A stretch of DNA of 64,000 bases, taken from the NCBI GenBank assembly GCA_028023455.1, contig JAQFVV010000002.1:33418001-33482000 (forward strand), in the 5' to 3' direction. Source of the stretch: Epiperipatus broadwayi. Taxonomy: Eukaryota; Animalia; Onychophora. This document shows positions 25,700 through 36,665 of this stretch, piece after piece; position 1 is the first letter of the stretch; each line of letters starts with the position of its first letter. A program made the position numbers and the translations under genes. Below the pieces are notes generated by a model. It did no database searches, had not been told where the DNA came from, and saw only the letters and a program-made list of their open reading frames with translations.

Positions 25700-25995
25700 A
25701 AAAATCAAGTCAGATGTCACATGACCTTTTAATAAAGCTCGGTGTTTACAAATGTTATATGGCTATTTGAGTTAGATAGGTAGATTGGAAGACATATGGA
25801 TGGCTGACAATTTCAGATTTTCTTTTCAATAGTTATACATTAGATAAAGTGCTGGGCTTGTCCTAGTATTTTTCATCTAATGCTGAATATCCTGCCATCT
25901 CACTGACGACGCTAGAAGCAGAAACCGGTCTGGGGTTGAGCATATTCTCAAAACTTGTTAAGAGCTTATTTTGCAAGCTTTATATATAACATCCT
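25700..25995 (+). mobile_element. HHR-2 family diverged subfamily with hammerhead at 25899-25934
   Basis: CTCA-CTGACGA-C-GCT-aga-AGC-A-GAAA-CCGGTC-TGGG. The 150 nt upstream aligns by eye with the reverse complement of 48160-48300. Confidence 0.7.
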
Positions 25996-26869
25996 CTTTA
26001 TTTATACAACAATTTTTAAAATAAGGATAGCTTTTTACTTCAGGGCCATCTATTTTAACATTTTCTTTCTTATCATTTAATATAATTAATAATACAAGAA
26101 TTCTTCAGCTTTTAAATATATATGATGAAAAAATGTATAGTTCCATGAATATGGCTATCTTGTCGCATATTGTTAATTGTTCAATGAGTTAAAGACAAAA
26201 CAGTAGTCTTCTAGTTTATAATTAATAAATACATTTAAGACTGTAGATGTCTACTGTTGGACAGCTTTTACAAAGAAAAATTTATTATTTATGCACTGCA
26301 CTTGATATCAAATGTTATATTCGCTTCAATGGCATTTGAATTATGGCAGAGTTTAAAAAACATCGTTACAATCATATTAAATATTCAATTTTTTTTTTTC
26401 TATAGCAAGATCTGTAGATGATAAAACCAATTCAGCTGAAAATTCAAATCCTCTGCGAATGTTTTCTGTTATTTTTAGATGCAATTTGTTTAATATTTAA
26501 TTGATAGCATTAACAATAACATTACCATTATGTATAGCACTTGTGGTCCTCATATGTAAGAAACTTGGTTTATTTATGTACCATAATGAGGGATTGGAAT
26601 TTAACATATGAAAATTACGAATTTTGATATCAGCTTTTCTTTTAGTAATGAGAGGATATCCAGCAGTTATTCTTAGCTAGACAGTAAAAGAAAACTGAAT
26701 TTTCAACACTGTGCAACAAATTTTGTTTGGAAAGTTGTGAGCGAAACTCCCTTCAATAGATAATTTAAATATTGGTTTGATTTTTAATTATATAGTACGA
26801 TGGAATACCCTACTGAAATACGTTCATCTATATTTTTACAGATATGATTATAATATATAGGATATATGA

Positions 26870-27045
26870 GCACAGACTTTCACATGACCCACCACTCTCC
26901 ACACTATCTCATAACACTGATACACTTGAACACATATATGTCGAAAAGATAAATAATCACCAATATCCATATTTCATGCTAAACCAGCAATCATCAGTTG
27001 GTCCAGATTAGCATCTCTACACATATATGCTATAAGTGCTCAGAT
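26870..27045 (-). mobile_element. HHR-3 family copy
   Basis: Reverse complement: CCAA-CTGATGA-TTGCTG-gtt-TAGCAT-GAAA-TATGGATA-TTGG, then ggtgattatttatcttttc as in the 60000 copy. Confidence 0.75.
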
Positions 27046-27247
27046 ATATATTAAGATAGCCAAACCTCATACTTTAATGGACAGGCTTCAATCCACTCCA
27101 CACTCCAACTCTTCAACCGTCCATCCAATTGAAAATCTGATGATGGAATGCTGAAAGGCCACCCTGAGGCCGAGATTCTTGTCACACTCATGTTATTAAA
27201 AAAAATTAAGCTACTTTTTAATTTTTTTTTTCTTCTCATGTGTCATA

Positions 27248-27327
27248 GCATCAGCTGGGAAGCGAACCCGCTAACCCGGGACAACTGCTTGAAAAGCAGC
27301 TGTCGCTGCCCTCTCGACCACCAATCC
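27248..27327 (-). pseudogene. Second tRNA-Gly(TCC)-derived sequence
   Basis: Reverse complement: ttggtggt...agctgcttttcaagcagttgtcccgggttagcgggttcgcttcccagctgatgc, with a short duplication in the T arm. Confidence 0.6.
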
Positions 27328-28519
27328 TCGACTACTTGTTAATAGTTATAATATTTTTTTAATATAATGATTGAAATTCCATTTAAAATAACACTTTAAA
27401 CACGCCTTTATTAAAAAATAAAAAAACCATAATTCAGAACTAAATTTCATGTTACACTAATTTAAAAAACTTTTAGAATATTTTCATTTCTATTAGTAAT
27501 TAGATTCAATATATCACAGTGACCCACTCCAACCCATTTAAATACATATACTTTAGAAAAAAAACCCTAAAAAATATTACATTTTCATTTATTTCATCTT
27601 ATAGTACATGTTAAAACATTTTTTAAAAAAAAACAATAAATAACTTTATATACTCATAAAAAAATATGTTTTAACTTCTCCCTTTAGCATGATAAAAATA
27701 TTCTAAAATTCGATAAAAAAAAACTTGAACTCTAAAAATTTATTTATAACAAAAATTATAAAAAAATTTCTGACTGAATTTGTAAATATTACCTTTATAG
27801 AATATTTAAATAACAAAAACATAATCTTTAAAAACATAGCAAATTCTTGCTATTGTAATTTATTTTCTCGTTTAATTTAAATTAAACCTTTCTCTTTTTT
27901 AGTCAAAATAAAAATTGTAAAATAATCTTTAGATAAAAGCAAATTAATAACAAAACATCACATGACCATTTATATTCAACTTATACTTTTAGTGTAGGAA
28001 TTCATTCTACTTCAGTTATATCCTGGATACGAAATGATCCTATATATATCCTCTGATTACTTTTTGGTTAATAGCATTTGCCTGTGGTGAACTTCAGATT
28101 TTTACACTTGCGTAACCATTTCAAATTTACACTAAATGGCTCTGGAATAAAATAAAGAGACAAACTTATAATTCCTAAAAACAAATTAAATTACATAATC
28201 GTTTTATTCCTTTTTAAAAATAAAAACCATTATTTTAAATTGGATTCAAACTGTTAAAATTCAACACATTTTTAATAAATGAATAACTCAAAAATAAGAT
28301 GTCTCAATACAAAATCATTAAAAAATAGCAGATTTACTAACATTAAAAAAATATTTGACGGTGGAAAATAGTTTGCAGGTTCTCCTGATATAGAGATTGG
28401 GACTTAAAAATACTGCAGACTATGTAAAATGCACAAACTAATTAAAAGCTACAATTATAAATGTAATTGCAAGGAAATCCAGTCATACATCATGTGACTT
28501 AATTTAATAAACTTGTACT

Positions 28520-28660
28520 ACAAATGTTATATAATGACGTGAATAGCTCTTAACAAGTTTTTCGAATAGACTGCCAGTAGCTAGAAACTGGTCTGGGGAT
28601 AGGGAAATTCAAAAAAGCTTTTTAAGAGCTATTCACGTTCATTATATAACAATTATAAAT
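28520..28660. mobile_element. HHR-2 subfamily fold-back with a partial hammerhead at the centre
   Basis: Arms gacgtgaatagctcttaa / ttaagagctattcacgtt around agaaactggtctgggg. Confidence 0.65.
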
Positions 28661-29109
28661 GCTTGTAATGAGTAATTAACGAGAAAGAAAAAAAATTAAC
28701 ACAAAGATCAAAATTATGTCTGTTCTATGCCTTAAGAGGTTGAAGTATCTATAAAAAACCATATAAGAGCAATAACATTTAGTGGCATTTTCTCACTGCT
28801 TGTCTCTCTCTTAATGCAATTAGCCTAACATCTGACATAAATGCTTGGGATATCAGTACAAAAAAATTAATTCTATGCTTCCTTAAACTGCATGCATATA
28901 AACATCTGATGAACAAAATTGTAATTATACAGGTAAAAATTATCAATTTCACATTATAAGTATTGGTGTATATAAAAAGTATTGTGTACTATTTTTATAC
29001 TAATAAATTGAAAATCAGGTTTCAAAACAGTATGCTGAAGACAAAAGATAAAAAGAAAATAAAGCAATCTTTTTTTTTAAAATCAATATATATATATTAT
29101 GAATTTTTG

Positions 29110-29700
29110 GTGTTTTCCTGAAAGTTTGTGATGATGGTGTTTTAGTTACATTTATATGTTGGACTATTTCCATCATCTAATATGAGTAATGAATGTCTTT
29201 AGAAAAATTTAACTTTATTCAAATATTCCAAATATATTCATCTGTTAGTAATAGCATACAGGTTAGTATATGCATGTTTTGAGAGGTCTTAGTCTTCCCT
29301 CTTCTTCAGGTATGCTGGCCTGACCAGTGACATGGGAACTGAACCTGGATCTTTAGATTCTTGAGTATTGAATTTTTTAAGATAACATTATAACTAACTG
29401 AGCCATACTGCTAAGTTGGAAAATCTGAAGGAACCTCATGGACAAGGATGGCTCAGTTAGTTAGAGCATTATCTTAAAATTCAATACTCAAAAATCTAAG
29501 AATCCAAGTTCGATTCTCATGCTAGTAGTGTCATTGGTCAGACCAACAACACACCTGAAAAAGAGGGAGAATAATACCTCTCAAAATATTGGACATATAC
29601 TAATCTGTATGCTATTACTAATAGTTGAATGCATTTGGAATATATTCCAAAGACATTCAAAATTTATATTAGATGATGAATATAGTCCAATATAAAAATA
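29110..29700. mobile_element. HHR-4 family head-to-head pair
   Basis: Two near-complete copies with tRNA-like heads facing outward from a spacer that matches the upstream flank of the 16177 copy (gaaaatc.gaaggaacctcatgga.aag). Confidence 0.8.
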
Positions 29701-31214
29701 CAACTGGACTCTTGATCTCTTGTTTTTCAAAGCCTTTTAAAAATTTGCAGATAAAAACAATGTTACTGATTTTATAATTTAAAGCATTCTACACTTATAA
29801 TTTGCAAAAAATATGTGCATATGTATATAATTTTAATATCACAATTTTTACAAATATTTGAAGTTCAAAGTTTATTTGAAGGATTTTGTGTTGGTTTTGA
29901 TTTTTTCAATTTTCTATTAAAAACCTAAATGTAAAAGAAGTGAACTTTAAAAAACCACTAATTGGAATTTCTGATTGATTTCTCACAAATACATTTGCAT
30001 TAATAAAAGAGATGAAACATATACATGATAACTTAGTAGTAAATGATTACAATGCCATCACTATAAATAGGTCAAGATGCCAATCAACAGCCCTCCAAAA
30101 AGAAAAGTTTGAAAATGCTTCTACTAGAATTTGCATTTTTTATACAAAAGTAATCACAGACAAGATTGGAAGGGTACTGAAATGCTATAACATAGCATTT
30201 TGATTAAACCTAAAGATATACTCCTTTTAGAAGCTCAAGGAGTCTATAAGAGTCCATGTGGCAACCACAAATATAGGAAGGAGTAATCAATATATAAATG
30301 ATAAAAAAAAATGAGAACATTAATGCAATGAATAAAAATGTAAAAACTACCAAATGTAAATTAATCTACATGATTGAATTATCTCTGTCATAACCATGTG
30401 ATTATTATTGTTTTTTAGCCAATTAAGGACAAGTGCTTTCTTGTTGAAACATCGGCATTTTATTTTATTAAATACGTTTGCTTCCAAAAACATGTTTTAT
30501 AATATATATATATACACAAATCACAGCAAACTTCAAAATATATATGAGATAATGCCATTCATTAACATGAATGTGGATAACAATTAAAACAAAATAAAGA
30601 ATTTACATTTCAAAAATACATTATAATGCGTTCGATCATTAGCTGTACAAAATATAATAATTAATTTAATATCTTATCTCTTTTCTTTAAAATTAAAATA
30701 TATAATAAAAAAATAATCACTTTTATTGTACAAATACAGAGAAACACAAATCATACTTAACAAGAGCAAAATATAGATAGCCTAGCTTTAAACATTTTTA
30801 AATTTATAATTTTATGATAAAATCTACATTTTGCTTCCCGAGTTAGCAATTTTTTCTGACAATGCATAAAACATTACTATAAAGATAGAAATTTTTATGG
30901 AAAAATGCTACCAATATTGTTGATCCCTGCTTTCTGAATAAATTAGAATAAAAAAACATTTACTTTATATTAAGACATACCATTTAATAATTTCCAAGAT
31001 TAGAACATGCTAATTCGATGACTTGAAATTTTTGGGACAGATTTTTTTTTTAAAAAAAAAACTTTCCATTATTCGCCAAGCTTATAAGAACTTTTTTCTT
31101 TTCATTTTAGATTGTTTTACATATATTTACCCACATTTTTTTTTGGATATATTTAAAAATTCCCATTCTACCAAATTCTTGAAACTTATAAATAAAGACT
31201 TCTGAAAAAGATTA

Positions 31215-31275
31215 ACGAACTTCAAGATACATTTCATGTTGATCTAACACTCTTCAGTTGGCCCAGGCCACATAC
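31215..31275 (-). mobile_element. HHR-3-like hammerhead fragment
   Basis: Reverse complement: CCAA-CTGAAGA-GTGTT-agatc-AACAT-GAAA-TGTATC-TTG (31223-31261). Confidence 0.6.
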
Positions 31276-31467
31276 GTCATCATTTGTTCGATTTTATCAG
31301 TACAAAATAATTACAATTTGATTTATATGTGCGAAACTTTCTGTATTAACAACTTACTATTGAAAAAAAGATTACGAATTGTGCTACTCCATTTGTATTT
31401 GTTTAATTAAAAACCAAATATTAATCTTTAAATGAGGTTTAAAGATTATATCTGGGTTAGGAATAAT

Positions 31468-31562
31468 CGGTGCTGATACAGTAATCGCTTGCATGTGCCA
31501 GCAGTGGTTTTGGGTGTTTTCAAATTCAAAATGGCCACCGAGCACATACTATATCAGCACCG
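31468..31562. mobile_element. 95-bp MITE-like element
   Basis: 16-bp TIRs CGGTGCTGATA(C/T)AGTA with one mismatch, flanked by aataat on both sides. Confidence 0.6.
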
Positions 31563-33409
31563 AATAATCTCTAATTTAATAAATGATTAGTAATAATCAT
31601 TACATTTTAATAATTTATATACATATTGTATAATACAATCTTCAGATGCACTTTATTTTATTTTGTGTATGTTTAGTTAAAATTAATTACTGTAAACATT
31701 ACTGTTAAATCATTACAATATTTAATCAGATTCACATTAAAAAATGTAAAGAATTATTATGTAATTGCTATGATATATTAAATATCCTTATGCAAATGAA
31801 ATAAAAAGCAAAGGTAAAATAATCGTAAATCTATCGAAATATTTTTTACATCACTTGTTTGTATTTTGCCTAGAAACCATTTGGAGTCCAAAAAACACTT
31901 AACACGTATACATGTTCATAACATATACTTAAGCTCTGAAATGATGTTATGGAACGGTTCTATTTCAATAAAATTTTGACCTCAGCGCCCTCTACCAAAA
32001 AAAATTTAAGTTATTTTGTTAATCATGAATATTGTTGTTAATCTTGAATTCAAATTCCCTTTTTCCTAAACATTTCAGTCTTTACTATCATAACCATAAT
32101 TATTAACGACATTCTGGAAATAAATTCATCTATATGTACATTTAATCTAATTCAAAAAAAAATTATTTTTTTTAATATTTAGAAGAATAAAAAAAATTAT
32201 CCAATCCCTTATATTATAATATCGCTTAATAATTTCTTAATCTTGTTGGCAAATTAAGGCGTGCAGAAAGATAAGTGAATAATAAGCATATTTACAAAAA
32301 AAAAAAAAAAACCCTGCTGGTCTCAGATATTTTTAAATATATAATATTGGAAGTTTTTAACTTACTCATATCAGCAAGTTGCTTTGTCATGGAAAAAATG
32401 GCTCGGACCAGCATATTTAGGCTACAAAAAAAAAAAAAAAAAGAAAGAAATTTGAAAGATAGTGAAGAATAGTAAATTAAGATTTATATTTTTTTTTTAA
32501 ATTAAAACATGAAAACTACATTAAGATTAGGTTAAAAAAAAAAAAACTTTTGAAAGTAAGCAAAAAATTATTTACACAACTGTGATGGAAAAAAGTGGTT
32601 GTTTGAAAGGAGTGTCAACAAAGTGATAATTCATTGTCAATATCAAAAATTTTCAATTATGAAGCAATATAAATATTGCATAACACATACAGATGTGTGT
32701 ATGTATGAACATGTATATATGAGTATGTCTACATGTTTTCCCTCCATTACACACATATTATGCTTTGAAATAAAGACCATCTTTACCCTTTCATTATTTT
32801 CCATTTATAACGTTTGATATTTGCTTAATTACCTTTGCTTTTCAAATCATATATTATTTTTAAATTATCTTAACCTTTATGCACTTTGTAGAAAGATTAC
32901 AAAATAAGATTTTTCTGAATTCATTATGTATTTTATTTTACTTATTTATTTCTTCAATAAAAACTGAAAACAGTATTATATACACAATTCAACCTATTCT
33001 TATTAAAATTCTATGTATATATTGCAATTCTTACTAATATTTTTCTCAATACCATTAACAGACACAATTTTATGAGTTTATTATGTATACAAAAATAGCT
33101 AACACATAAATTTTGCAAATTAATATAAGTTTTACATTTGTACACCAGGGGTAAAGCTTTTAATATTCCAAGTAGGATGATAATTATTGCCAAAACATAT
33201 ATATAGATATCAAATGTCTTTATTTGCTTAAGAGTTCATAAAAAGTTTGAGTAGTGGAAGCACAGGAACTGGAATTGATCAGAGGTCATCTGCTCCAGAA
33301 TCTGAAACTCTTACCACCCAACATACAATCCTCTATCACAGTACAATAAAAATAAATTGTGCCAAAAAAAAAAAATCTATTTTAAAAAATAATAAACTAT
33401 AATTAATAT

Positions 33410-34330
33410 TTTTTATTAGTCATTCATTAGATTGAAGACTATTCACTAATGAATATTTCTGTAGTGTAATTTTCATTACACCATTCTTGTGCAATGTAGG
33501 GACTGGTTTCTATCTGCTTTTAACATCTTGTGGAAGGGTATAACCATAAACATATGACCAAAAATGTGAAAAAGATTTATGATCCCCAAAATGCAAGTTT
33601 CGTGCTGTACCAGCACTCATCAGTTGGCCCATATCATTATTACAAATATCTTTATCATTGCTCAGTATATATAGATATCCAATTACCACAGTTTAATTGA
33701 TCTGTCAAACTTATTGCCCTCACAATTTTGATACAAATCTCTTGATGGAAATACCCTAATAATTTTTATTAGTCATTCATTAGATGAGATGATCCTCTAA
33801 TAAATAATATTTCTATAGTGTAATTTTCATTACACCACTCTCATGCAAGGTAGGGAATAGTTTCTATCCACTTTTAACCCTATCTTTTTCACGACTTTAG
33901 TCATATGTTTACAATTAGATTCACGTTAAAAGTAGACAGAAATCAGTCCCTAACTTGTGTGATTGATAGTGAAAATTACACTATAAAAAAATATTCATTA
34001 GTGGATAATCTCTAATCTAATGAATGTCTAATAAAAATTATTAATATACTTCTATTAGGTGGTTTCTTTCAAAGTTGTGAGGGGCAATAAGTTTGACCCA
34101 TCAATTAAACTGTAATAATTGGATACCTATACATACTAAACAATGATAAAGATATGTGTCAGAAATTGTGATTTGGAACCAATGTATTGCTGGTTTAGCA
34201 CAAAATGTTCATCTTGGGGGTGTCATATTTTTATGATTATTTCCCTTTGCAAGATGTTATAATAAGTGGATAGAAACCAGTCCCTATCTTCTGTGAATGG
34301 TGTAGTGAAAATTGCATTCCAGAAATATTA
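33410..34330. mobile_element. HHR-3 family inverted pair, each arm longer than one monomer
   Basis: Left arm (-): ttttattagtcattcattaga recurs about 355 nt apart, with a hammerhead at about 33586-33627. Right arm (+): aagt.ga.agaaa.cagtccct recurs about 335 nt apart. Confidence 0.8.
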
Positions 34331-35403
34331 ATAAATTATAATGTTTTTAAAAGGTAAACAAATTTCTATTTGTAATTTGTTACTTTTCATCCATATTTAA
34401 ATTATTAAATATTTAAATTAAATACTGATATTACATTTTAAAAAGCATTAATGAGCCAACTCAGCCTCCCGAATACATTTGTATGGACATGGCAGTACAG
34501 TTTTTTGGCTTTGCTTCATTCTCCTTTAGCAACCTTTAAGATTATATTCACATGTTTAGACTCAATTTGTAATAAAAACTTCATATTAATTTATTAGTTT
34601 AAAAAAAAAATCTGAAAATGTGAGAAGTCTGCAAAATATTATGATAAAAACTTAAAAAGTACCGACTAGAGTTTTCGGGTGCTTTGATTGGTCATTTCTT
34701 TGATTTTGGGCTTATCAACAAATTTGTAAATTCCCATTCTAATGTTATTATTTATGATTATTTTCACAAAATATTTACGTAATGATTATGAAAAAAGAAA
34801 TATAACAGGACTTTATAAGGTTATCATGACTTAACAAAAATGCATTCAAGTTTTATAAATCAAATTTAAATAAAGATTTTGTTTATTTACCTTTACCAAT
34901 GTTAAACAAACAGTCAAGAATCAAAAACTCTATTGTTCATGTTATGTGGTTTCACTTTATAATTTTTATATTTACAAATTTCAAATAGAATTCTTTACAA
35001 TTTTTTTTTTTTTTTTTGCCTTGTAAACATATATGTCTTACAAATCAAATTTAATTTATTGAATTCTAATATATAATAACGATGTAATGTTAAAAACAAA
35101 TGATGAATGAATGCAAAAAAATGCACCAGGGAAAACAAAATATTTTAACTGCAAGACATTAATAATATTCAATTGGGATCTTAAAATATTTTGTATACAA
35201 TAGATATTTAAACTAAATACCTGATATTATTTTTTAAGAAGCATTAATCAGATTGATTTGTGATCTTAAAATATTTTATTACAGATGTAGGAGGATAAAA
35301 TCATGTTCAGAACAAAGCGATTTTTCCAAACATTTACAGATATCACAATGATTAACCCTAATGCCATAAATAGGCAATCTAATTTACATATATGTATGCT
35401 ATA

Positions 35404-35571
35404 TATCCACTCTACTTTGAACACTTTTTAGCAAAAATCTTTTATTGTGCATATATGCATACACAATCTTACGTTTCGACTGTCCTGCAGGACAGTCAAA
35501 ATGTAAAATTGTAAATGGACATATGTACCATAAAAGGTTTTTGCTAAAAAGTGTTCAAAGTAGAGTGGATA
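35404..35571. repeat. Fold-back centred on a 20-bp perfect palindrome resembling hammerhead stem II
   Basis: GACTGTCCTGCAGGACAGTC (35478-35497) is followed on the minus strand by GAAACGTAAG. The outer arms tatccactctactttgaacac..../....gtgttcaaagtagagtggata are near-perfect. Confidence 0.75.
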
Positions 35572-36339
35572 AATTGCACTTATAAAAAATATTACATCAA
35601 AATAAAGGAAGTAATAAATTTGGTAATATTACATATATTTAATTACAGCCTATATATAGATATGCACCCAATTATGGATATATCAATTCTATGAATATAA
35701 GGACATACTTCACCCTTAAAGTGCTAAGCTTCAATAAGTACGCATTCGTTAATAGCTTTTCTTAAAATAGTGCGTCTTAAGTGCAAATATTTATAAATTA
35801 CTGCAGTATAAGAAAAGTTCATTACACTTTAATTACAGTATATAATAGTTAATAATAAAATAATTTTAAATATGAATTATATTATGATTACATTATAACT
35901 AAATTGTATTAAAAGAATTTTTTAAAAAATCAAATAGTTTTGTATTTAATAAACATAAAAATATATTATGATTGGTACATACATGTGTTAAGTACTACGT
36001 CTAAAACACACTGATATATTTATTCACTAAAGATATAAAATATTTTTTAAAAAAATTATATTTGCTTCAAACAGTAATCCCTCTATGATATTTGGCTCAA
36101 AGTTTTGGTATAAACACTGAAATCTACAGTTAATAATAACCATATAATGTTTTATAACACAAACACATAAATAGTACATATTTTTAATGTTTATACAGTA
36201 TGTAAGCACATCTAATAAATTTTTATTTATAAAATATATACTAAAACATGTAAAAAAATAATCAACAAAAATGGATTAACTATTTTATAATAAATAAATA
36301 CTATATTAATTTTTTTTAAAAATAAAATACTACAAAGAG

Positions 36340-36665
36340 CTTTGCTAATTTCTCAACAAGTTTTGAGATAAATGCCTTGCAAGAGAAAGCATTTAAAATA
36401 TCTCCATCTGAAACCCACCCCCTGACCAATGGTTTCATGCTTTTGCCACTCCTCAGGGGCGCTGGGGTAGCTTCAAACACTAGATCTAGCGCCTCTCTGA
36501 GAAGTGCCAAAAGCATAAAACCATGGGTCAGGGGAAGGGGTTTCAGATAGATATTTTAAATGCTTTCTCTTGCTAAGCATTTACCTCAAAGCTTGTTGAG
36601 GAATTAGCAAAGCTTTTCATTTATATCCTGTCAGCTTAAAAAAAAGTGGAGTCATGTGATATATG
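36340..36665. mobile_element. HHR-2 family fold-back insertion with two hammerhead motifs
   Basis: Minus arm: CCC-CTGAGGA-GTGGC-aaaa-GCAT-GAAA-CCATTGGTC-AGGGG. The plus arm is a more decayed copy followed by the tail gagtcatgtgat. Confidence 0.8.

Noticed and set aside
27140-27185. CTGAAAGGCC..GGCCGAGA as a hammerhead
   Set aside because: Both conserved core segments are defective and there is no second copy in the window.
31981-31997. CAGCGCCCTCTACC as a CTCF site
   Set aside because: Only a partial motif match; it cannot be supported from sequence alone.
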